The position numbers and the translations under genes are program-made. This document shows positions 34,935 to 42,213 of a stretch of DNA of 56,144 bases, in pieces. How positions within the stretch are numbered: the first letter of the stretch is position 1; the number at the start of each line of letters is the position of its first letter. The stretch is from positions 1-56,144 of IMG/VR virus record IMGVR_UViG_3300045957_000043. One strand, 5' to 3'. Under the pieces are notes generated by a model. It did not search any database, was not told where the DNA came from, and saw nothing but the letters and a program-made list of their open reading frames with translations. This stretch comes from a virus. Lineage: Duplodnaviria; Caudoviricetes.

Positions 34935-35460
34935 CGCGCAAGATTGCGGCGACGGGGATCACAGCGGCTTTGGTGAAGTCACCTGGACCGCCGTAGACGA
35001 GCCCGACCAGCTTACCCTCGAAATAGACCGGCCCGCCGCTGTGACCGGGCTGGCTGGCGAAACCGCACTGGTAGTTGCCCGAGTTGAAGAACAGCTCGAC
35101 GCTGCCTTGCTTGGTGGCGAATTCTCCGCGCGGAAACCCTTCGCTGGTAACCCGGTCACTGGGTAAAGGGGTATTACCGATAGCTACAGGCGTCAGCGTC
35201 GCAGCGGACTTTAATACTGCCACGTCTAGTTTCTTGTCTATTTGCAACACGACTGCAGTGTAGTGCGTGTTTATTGTTGCTTCGGGCTTTTCGCCCGCAG
35301 CCCACCCGTGCGCGCAGGTTGCAATCAGCTGCTCGCCGTCAAGCGTGCCGATACAGACGCCGGTCAAGACGCCGGCGTCTGGGGTTTCGATCTTGCACAC
35401 GTGCGGGCTTTGCCCAAAAGCCTGACAGGCCATGAGGAGAATAAAAACAAAGCACCGCAT
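34906..35460 (-). CDS. Secreted trypsin-like serine protease
   Basis: Signal peptide; TCAH, DVAVL, GHSGGP. Confidence 0.9.
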   Translation of the reverse strand: MRCFVFILLMACQAFGQSPHVCKIETPDAGVLTGVCIGTLDGEQLIATCAHGWAAGEKPEATINTHYTAVVLQIDKKLDVAVLKSAATLTPVAIGNTPLPSDRVTSEGFPRGEFATKQGSVELFFNSGNYQCGFASQPGHSGGPVYFEGKLVGLVYGGPGDFTKAAVIPVAAILRVSSLARHTR

Positions 35461-35478
35461 CGGTGGTCCTCGCTTTTC

Positions 35479-35847
35479 TTAGGAAGCGATCACTTCCAAC
35501 CACCGCTGGTTGAATTTCTTGATAGCTCGGATCTGCTTTTCCCAGATTTTCACCGTCTCGCGAAACGACAATTCAGAGACCATCCCGTCGGTGATCCCTT
35601 CCGAAGCCATATCGACCTGCACCACAGACAAGTCGTCATCACTTAACCCGTGAAATTCGATACCGGCCTTAAACACAACGTCGCCGGATTCAGTGACCAC
35701 CTGCGAGACCCAGACTTCACCCGTGGTCGGGTCTGCCTCGACCTCCATCGCCATCGCCCAGGTCTTCGAGTCAAAATCAACAGGCGATTTTCTGTTGATC
35801 TTTTGTTTGACCTTCTGAGTTTTCTCTTTTTTCAACATCTGAAACAT
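35479..35847 (-). CDS. Hypothetical protein
   Basis: 122-aa ORF in the operon. Confidence 0.65.
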   Translation of the reverse strand: MFQMLKKEKTQKVKQKINRKSPVDFDSKTWAMAMEVEADPTTGEVWVSQVVTESGDVVFKAGIEFHGLSDDDLSVVQVDMASEGITDGMVSELSFRETVKIWEKQIRAIKKFNQRWLEVIAS

Positions 35848-36118
35848 CCTTCTCTAAAAAGTGTGTAGTCACACGACCGTCTTTCTTGCGAACAACAATC
35901 CGTTTTGCACCCAGATCGCGTAGTTGGCGGACTAGTACTCTAGCCTCTGAGGCTGTCGGCGCTTTGGTAACGCCGACTAGCTCAACGCATTCGCCGTCCG
36001 TCCAGACGACAGTTGCGCACCACTGATACTTGCGGGGCGGGCGACAGCCTTCATCAGAGTTGAGAGAATCAAAGATACGGATCACGCCCACCAGCGGCTC
36101 GTACGCTGCTTGCGACAT
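35777..36118 (-). CDS. Hypothetical protein
   Basis: 113-aa ORF in the operon. Confidence 0.65.
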   Translation of the reverse strand: MSQAAYEPLVGVIRIFDSLNSDEGCRPPRKYQWCATVVWTDGECVELVGVTKAPTASEARVLVRQLRDLGAKRIVVRKKDGRVTTHFLEKDVSDVEKRENSEGQTKDQQKIAC

Positions 36119-36137
36119 GACAATGGCCCCTAATTGC

Positions 36138-36986
36138 TTATTCGACTCGCTCTTCAGCCGTGCGAATATTACTTTGGTCAGCGATTATCGCTAGACCCTC
36201 CGAAAAAGTGGCCCCTTTAATCGCGGCGATTCTCGCGCAGTTCGCGACTTGCAGGGGTCTGATTGAAGCATTGGATACCCATGCACCATAGCTGTCAACC
36301 GTGCCGACGACTTCGCCGGTCTCTGCAATGATCACTTGGTTGTCTCGAAAAGCAAGCGACGGGCGATCTGTGCAAGCTTCCTCACGCCAGCCGAACGGAT
36401 ATCTCCGTGCGATCTCCAGCGAATCCCAAGCACCTAGCGTTCGCAAGGGTTGGCCGAAACTAAACGTAGGCTCCATCAGGTTTGTTCGCCCACCGGTTGG
36501 CGCGTGTGACAAACCGATTGCGTGCATCGCTTCATGCAAAAACACATTTGCAAAGTCGTCTGTTGTCCAGGCTTCTTCGTTGTCAATCTCGATCCGCCCG
36601 ACAACGCCGCCGACGTTTAGCTCTTCGCCGCGAGCCGGCTGCCATGCTTGGCCGAGCACTCCGAGCCTGCCGTCAAGCCGTTTAAAGACTACACGGATAT
36701 TACCGTTCACGCTGACTTCTCGGAAACTCAAGTCTCCGTGTAGAGTGATTAACGCGAAAGCCCTGTGTATCCCCGCGTAGGCATCTTCCTGTGATAGCAC
36801 CCCGTTTAGTCCTGCGAAGTTCACGCTCCAGGTGATCACTGGGTTCGTGTCGTTCACAAACCACCTGAGCCCCTGACCAGGCGCTTCAGCCGTGGCCGTC
36901 GCCGCGAGTACGCTTTGCGTCGCCCATTGTTTTTCAGAGGGTTTTGCACAGCAGTCGACAGCTTGTCCGGGGTTTCGTTTAGCCAC
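36138..36986 (-). CDS. Matrixin (M10) zinc metalloprotease
   Basis: HEAMHAIGLSH, Met-turn NLMEP, DGRLGVLGQA; GTG start with GGAG RBS. Confidence 0.9.
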   Translation of the reverse strand: MAKRNPGQAVDCCAKPSEKQWATQSVLAATATAEAPGQGLRWFVNDTNPVITWSVNFAGLNGVLSQEDAYAGIHRAFALITLHGDLSFREVSVNGNIRVVFKRLDGRLGVLGQAWQPARGEELNVGGVVGRIEIDNEEAWTTDDFANVFLHEAMHAIGLSHAPTGGRTNLMEPTFSFGQPLRTLGAWDSLEIARRYPFGWREEACTDRPSLAFRDNQVIIAETGEVVGTVDSYGAWVSNASIRPLQVANCARIAAIKGATFSEGLAIIADQSNIRTAEERVE

Positions 36987-38358
36987 AGAAGTACTCCACA
37001 GATTCAGTCCAGCGAGGATACCCCGGTGAATCGAGTTCGTGCGACTTGAAGCCGAACGCATCGTCAGTACCGCAGCGGCGATACAAGGTGTGGTAGCCAG
37101 GGAAGTTAGCCGCGATATAAGTCAGCCAGTCCGCCCAGAACGCGCCGGCTTCTGGTCCGTTACTGATTGCAGCTAAGTTTGTGTCAATCGGCCCGTTGTC
37201 GTTTCGGTTAAGCGAAAAGCCAGTCTCGTAGAACCAAATCGGCAAGCCTGAGCTAGATGCGTAACCCTGCCACGTCGCCAAGTGCGGCAGCACTCTCGTG
37301 TCGCGGTCGTCTTCGCACGCGGTGATCGCTTCAGCTGGCGTCGACGTGGCTGTCGCGGTATTTGTCGCCCAGGTCTGACCAAAATACGGCGCGACCGCCA
37401 TTGCATCCAGAAACGTTCCGGGTCGCGTGCGACCTGACACGGCTTGGTTGTAGGTATTCGGCACGCTGAGCCAAGCACCCCACACACCGTAGATATCTAC
37501 GCCCGGCATCGTCGTCTTGAAAATCTCGGCGGTCCTGTCGCTGCGGTCCCAGCTGTAAGCAGCAATGCGGGCTGTGTCGCCGGCGCCAGCGTAGCCCGAC
37601 GCGGCAGCGGTATTCGTGCTCCAGTTTGCCGCAAACGAAGAGTTCCAGTTTTCGTTACCCCACTCAACGATCAACGGTGTAGTCGGGCCGGCAGCCGCGT
37701 ATTCGTTCGCGACTTCCTGGATAATCGTGTCGTTCCATGTGCAGTGGATGTTAATCCACGGTACAGTCCCAGTCTGGTTCGAGATGTCTACGATGTCAGC
37801 CGGCGTGATCATTCGCCGAATGAACTGGTTCGCGCCCGTGGGCGTCGGGTAGAAAACCCATCGCTGGCTAGCAACTGAAGTACGCGGCTGAAAGTTAGTA
37901 AAGTGCGCGTTCATGTACCGCACGACACAGGCGTTCTGCACGTCGGCAAGAAAAGTCGGCGTCCAGTTGTCGGGGTCGCCGTCGCGCTTCAGACTAAACC
38001 CGGCTAGATCCCCGTCGAATTGCCAGTTAACGGTAGTGCTGCCTGCAGTAATCGTCTTTGTTGCGCCATTAGTTGAAGTGCCGGTGCCCGACCAAGTAGC
38101 TGTATAGTCGCCAGCTGGCCACGTGCGGCCCTGTCGCGCCTCGATATTGAGTTGGGTCGGCCCGGTAACCGGATAGCCAGTCGTCGGGTCGGTCGTCGCG
38201 GCGCCGATCGTGTGATAGAACTGCGAGTACTTGCCGAAGTCGTAGTGGATTCTTGAGGCAGAAAACGCGCCGGGTTCGGCGACGTTGAAACCTAGCTTGA
38301 ACTCGGGGTCTGGATCAGGGGGCGGATCGCCCGCACAGATCGGTTGGATGAACGCCAT
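36979..38358 (-). CDS. Glycoside hydrolase-like (clan GH-A TIM barrel) protein
   Basis: VRYM, PWINIH, IVEWGNENWN (acid/base), APYF, FYETG (nucleophile). Confidence 0.7.
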   Translation of the reverse strand: MAFIQPICAGDPPPDPDPEFKLGFNVAEPGAFSASRIHYDFGKYSQFYHTIGAATTDPTTGYPVTGPTQLNIEARQGRTWPAGDYTATWSGTGTSTNGATKTITAGSTTVNWQFDGDLAGFSLKRDGDPDNWTPTFLADVQNACVVRYMNAHFTNFQPRTSVASQRWVFYPTPTGANQFIRRMITPADIVDISNQTGTVPWINIHCTWNDTIIQEVANEYAAAGPTTPLIVEWGNENWNSSFAANWSTNTAAASGYAGAGDTARIAAYSWDRSDRTAEIFKTTMPGVDIYGVWGAWLSVPNTYNQAVSGRTRPGTFLDAMAVAPYFGQTWATNTATATSTPAEAITACEDDRDTRVLPHLATWQGYASSSGLPIWFYETGFSLNRNDNGPIDTNLAAISNGPEAGAFWADWLTYIAANFPGYHTLYRRCGTDDAFGFKSHELDSPGYPRWTESVEYFCG

Positions 38359-38451
38359 TTATTTAACCCACCAGTACCATCGTTTCCAAACCCGCCAGCC
38401 AAGCCACCCCACAGCCAAACCAGCAACCAAATAGGCCCAATGCCAGTACAC
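38359..38451 (-). CDS. 30-aa Trp-rich cationic membrane peptide (not in ORF track)
   Basis: MYWHWAYLVAGLAVGWLGWRVWKRWYWWVK; fills the intergenic gap exactly. Confidence 0.65.
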   Translation of the reverse strand: MYWHWAYLVAGLAVGWLGWRVWKRWYWWVK

Positions 38452-38453
38452 GG

Positions 38454-38789
38454 CTAGCAGCCTAGGCTACCTGAAGCTACCAGCGTGTCGCTCGCGGCGG
38501 GCGCGCCGCCGGCCCTGATAAACACGCTGTAGCACATGCACCCCGGCAACGCCGGTAAGTCGATTGAGTACCAAGACTCGTCGCCTGAGAGCGGCGTGCC
38601 GGTCTCTTCAGTCAACAGAGCTGAACTGTAGTTAGCCCGGCTCGGGTCACTGTAGCTACCGTCGAGCTGGCTCGTGTTGAAGTTGTAGTGCTGACTGCCA
38701 TCGCACAGACCCGCGATAGCGTAAAGATTCTGTCCAGCAGCCGCGCGGGTCGCAACAGTCGAGCATTTTGTAATTTCTGCGTTGTGCAT
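38454..38789 (-). CDS. Hypothetical (probable virion) protein
   Basis: 111-aa beta-rich ORF with AAAGG RBS. Confidence 0.65.
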   Translation of the reverse strand: MHNAEITKCSTVATRAAAGQNLYAIAGLCDGSQHYNFNTSQLDGSYSDPSRANYSSALLTEETGTPLSGDESWYSIDLPALPGCMCYSVFIRAGGAPAASDTLVASGSLGC

Positions 38790-38802
38790 GACTTACCTTT
38801 TC

Positions 38803-40476
38803 TTAGAATTCCGCGATCCACTCGCCGCCGCCGGTAGTTGACCAGTGCCAGGAACGTACTTCGGTTGCTGAACTAGGAGACAGACCGCCCGAGTCAGCCC
38901 ACTGAGCATTTTGGATTGTCATGCAGGGCTCGCCCGCGAAGCTCGGCGCGTAGTGCGGCGCGCCGCCGAAGCTCGGGTGAGCTTGGTTACCGGTAAGCGT
39001 CGCGTCATGGCACTTTGCCAGCGGGTTTTCGCCGACCGAAGTCAGTGCGAGATTGCCTTCCGGCGTATCGCTCTTAGAGTGCGTGCCAGACCCGTGTAGA
39101 GACCCGGCAATGGTATTGCTGTTATCGAATCGCAACTTGCCTTTTTCGTTCGGGAAATCAGCCGCGATTAAGACCTGAGTCGGTCCAGCGCCGTCGGGGT
39201 TAAACCGACACTTGTCACACTCCAGTGACCCGGAGACTGCAAAAGCACCGATGGTATTCGGGTCGGACAAACCGTCTCCCGCAATCGCCCGCGACGTATA
39301 GTACAGTTCTGAGCCTTCGAGAGAAATGTCTTCATAGAAGCCCAGCACCGCCCAGCTCGTAGTGATGTCGACGCCGAGCTTCGAGCCGACAATCCGCACG
39401 CGAGGGCGCCCGGTGCGGCTGATGTGATTCAAGATGCCCTGGATGTAGCTGTCGTGGATCTCCAAAAAGCTTACAGTGCCTTCGATCATGATCCCCGAAC
39501 CGGCAGTCGTAGAGGTTTGAGGCCGCAACAGCGTGCAGCCTCGCACTGAAGCGTGTACTACGTCCTGGAGTTTAATCAGCGCGCTGCTCTCGGTGCCCGC
39601 GACAAGCTGCGCCGGGACTGCACCGAGATTAAACACGCAGTGTGAAATATCAGCATGTCGGTATGTCAAACCGGATGAGCCTCGATTGAAGTTAATCCCG
39701 CCAGTCGGGCCAAAACTCGTCGCGGTAGTCTTAGTGAACATGCACCCGGTGATCGACACGGAGTTCAAGTCTGGCCCACCGTTAATTACACCCCAGGACA
39801 GGATATCGGTAAACGTCGAGCCCTTAACACTCGTCGACCAGCCTTGGTTGTTCACCCCGTAGCTGCCCATCTTATAGAAGTCACACGCGGCGACCGTAAC
39901 CGCTTCGCAGTTTGAGTCGATCGTGATCCCGGCTGCGTCAACGTACCGCTGCACCGAGCCGCCGCCAGCAGGCGCGATCGTACCTGCGTGACGACGGAAC
40001 AAGCAGTTCTCGACCCTCACGGCGTGTGAGTTCTCGATTTTCAGGAGCGAAGCATTCGCAGTGTTGTTGGGGTTCGTCTGGTTGAAGTCCGCAGGGACCG
40101 TGAGTGTAGTCGGCGCGTCGAATTCAACTTCGCCGTCGAGAATACAGTCTACGAGCTTTGAGCGATTAGCTCCTGCGAGCGTGACTAGAGCTAAGTAGTT
40201 CTGACCCGGTGCTCTGGTGATCAGCCCTTTTTTAAGCGTCACGTCGGGCTGGCTGATCGTGATCGAGGCGCCAGCGGGTGACTCGTATTCCGCGTACTCG
40301 TCGCAGACAACCGTGTCGTACTGCACAGCGTCCGTCGCGGCTTGGTTGAGCGCAGCCCAGTTCGCGGCGGGCGTTTCAGAGCCCGGCGTGTACACTTCAT
40401 AAGTTCCGTCAGCACTGTACCGGACGACCTGCCCGACAGCTTGCCCGACGGATTGAGTAGGATCGAGATTATGCAC
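38803..40476 (-). CDS. Right-handed beta-helix (pectin-lyase-like) tailspike/depolymerase
   Basis: Repeating V.V.NC.F / SITGCMF / ISHCVF parallel beta-helix turns; start uncertain. Confidence 0.75.
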   Translation of the reverse strand: MHNLDPTQSVGQAVGQVVRYSADGTYEVYTPGSETPAANWAALNQAATDAVQYDTVVCDEYAEYESPAGASITISQPDVTLKKGLITRAPGQNYLALVTLAGANRSKLVDCILDGEVEFDAPTTLTVPADFNQTNPNNTANASLLKIENSHAVRVENCLFRRHAGTIAPAGGGSVQRYVDAAGITIDSNCEAVTVAACDFYKMGSYGVNNQGWSTSVKGSTFTDILSWGVINGGPDLNSVSITGCMFTKTTATSFGPTGGINFNRGSSGLTYRHADISHCVFNLGAVPAQLVAGTESSALIKLQDVVHASVRGCTLLRPQTSTTAGSGIMIEGTVSFLEIHDSYIQGILNHISRTGRPRVRIVGSKLGVDITTSWAVLGFYEDISLEGSELYYTSRAIAGDGLSDPNTIGAFAVSGSLECDKCRFNPDGAGPTQVLIAADFPNEKGKLRFDNSNTIAGSLHGSGTHSKSDTPEGNLALTSVGENPLAKCHDATLTGNQAHPSFGGAPHYAPSFAGEPCMTIQNAQWADSGGLSPSSATEVRSWHWSTTGGGEWIAEF

Positions 40477-40696
40477 GTTCTCTGCTTCTCCAGTTCTCGA
40501 TCGCCCAGCTCGCCGTCGCACAAGCCACTGTAAGGCCGAGATACGTAAGAGCGAGCGATTTTGCTTTGTCAACTTCACACGGTCCGGTGTAGAGCCCTGC
40601 CGGGGGCTGCGGTACTTCAGGCACAAAGGCGTAAAAGCCGCCGAAAGCTAGGCTCAGCCCCACGAAAAAGGCAGTGATCGGCGATACTTTAATCAT
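40469..40696 (-). CDS. Small two-TM membrane protein (holin candidate)
   Basis: Two hydrophobic segments, basic C-terminus, GGAG RBS. Confidence 0.55.
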   Translation of the reverse strand: MIKVSPITAFFVGLSLAFGGFYAFVPEVPQPPAGLYTGPCEVDKAKSLALTYLGLTVACATASWAIENWRSRERA

Positions 40697-40740
40697 AGGT
40701 ATCTACTCCGTTGCTGCCGGAATGCGATCCCAACCATAGG

Positions 40741-42132
40741 CTAAATCTGCTTCATCCAGAATTCGTCAATCTCGCACGACGGGCCGGTACTCGGCTGTGT
40801 AATCATCAGCAAACCGTGCTTGTAGTTGTTCTGATAAAAAGTTGTCAAAGTATCCGTGGCCGTGCTCACGCCGTCTACGAACACCTCGAAAGCTAGACCG
40901 TTAAATTCGATTTCGTAAAGATGGGGGACAGAATCGTCGTTGCCCAGATCGTGAACCGATTGCACAGTCGAACTCCGCATTAAAATGCCTTCGTTCGTCG
41001 TGCCGGTGTACCTGATGTAGTACCGCCAATGGTTGGTCGTACTCGTGCTGTCTTCGTTTCGGAAGACGAAACCCGCCATCGAACTGTTAGTGACGATTCC
41101 GGTCCCACCGAGTCCGTCATTAACCGTTTTTATGACAGCGCCGAGCCTCATGTCTTTGTCCCCGAGCACGTCGTGACAAGGGACAGTCACCTGCTGTCGT
41201 AGCCACGTCGTGTGTGCGGGCTTGACAAGCTTGTTGCTTAGCACCTGAATTTCAGTTCCCGCGCCTGAAGATTCCCACCACCGTGGTGCGCCTGGGACGT
41301 AATTTTCGTCAACAGTCGGGTATCGAGCGGCTGCCGCGACCAGCACCCCGTCTGCAGCAGTAAACGTGTCGCGGTAATAGTAATCGCTGACGATTGGGAC
41401 ATCATATGTGGCGAGCAATGCGTTGTACTGTGCATCGCTGATCCGTTGCCTTGACAGGCACAAATCAAGCACTGGGCTGCTGCCGTACTGCAACGTCCCT
41501 GAACCGGACCGCGTGTAAATCCCGCAGACACGTCCGACATTCGGCTCAGTGTCAGTAGCTTTCTGCACACCGTCGGCATACAGCGTCCACCGCGAAGCAA
41601 CCACTTCAAGTTCGAAGCGGTACGTCCCCGCCGCTAAGCCAAGCGGGTAAGCCGTAACGCTGTCCGCGACGGTGCCGTTCGTCGTGTAATGCCTTACGAC
41701 GAAATACACTTCCTCCGTAGTCTCGACATAAACGAAGCAGCCTTCAGTGTGATAGCCTGGGTCACCGAAGCGACGCCTCCAGCGAAAGCCCGTTCGCTGA
41801 GCACCTGAAGCGGTGGCGTCCGAGATCGAGACAGTCCAAGTTCCAACGACCTGGATTCGCGCGGTCAAAACATACGTTGAAGTCGGCAGCTCGATTTCTG
41901 TACGACCGGCAGAAAAACCAAACACCTGTTCGTTAACTAGCGTCCCGTTCCACGTCTTGTTATAGATCCCCATGTATCGCGTGTTGAGCCGCGAAAAGTC
42001 TGGGTCATGTACTTGGCTCCCCGTTCGGCTGTCGCCTGCCGCGATATCCTGGTGATTCGTATCGCGAAACGTGTCGAACAGGTAGATATTCGCATACTGC
42101 CAGAATGCAGCCCCGGCGCCTGAAGTTCCCAT
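40741..42132 (-). CDS. Protein with two concanavalin A-like beta-sandwich domains
   Basis: Two repeats of DTF...G..FR...Y..E......(L/V)(Y/F).DGV..ATD. Confidence 0.65.
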   Translation of the reverse strand: MGTSGAGAAFWQYANIYLFDTFRDTNHQDIAAGDSRTGSQVHDPDFSRLNTRYMGIYNKTWNGTLVNEQVFGFSAGRTEIELPTSTYVLTARIQVVGTWTVSISDATASGAQRTGFRWRRRFGDPGYHTEGCFVYVETTEEVYFVVRHYTTNGTVADSVTAYPLGLAAGTYRFELEVVASRWTLYADGVQKATDTEPNVGRVCGIYTRSGSGTLQYGSSPVLDLCLSRQRISDAQYNALLATYDVPIVSDYYYRDTFTAADGVLVAAAARYPTVDENYVPGAPRWWESSGAGTEIQVLSNKLVKPAHTTWLRQQVTVPCHDVLGDKDMRLGAVIKTVNDGLGGTGIVTNSSMAGFVFRNEDSTSTTNHWRYYIRYTGTTNEGILMRSSTVQSVHDLGNDDSVPHLYEIEFNGLAFEVFVDGVSTATDTLTTFYQNNYKHGLLMITQPSTGPSCEIDEFWMKQI

Positions 42133-42213
42133 GAGTGTTTAGTTCCTTGTGTCGCTGGGGCTGTTTTGTTTGACTGCACTACGCTTACTTAACTAGCTAA
42201 ATAGCCTGCTAGA

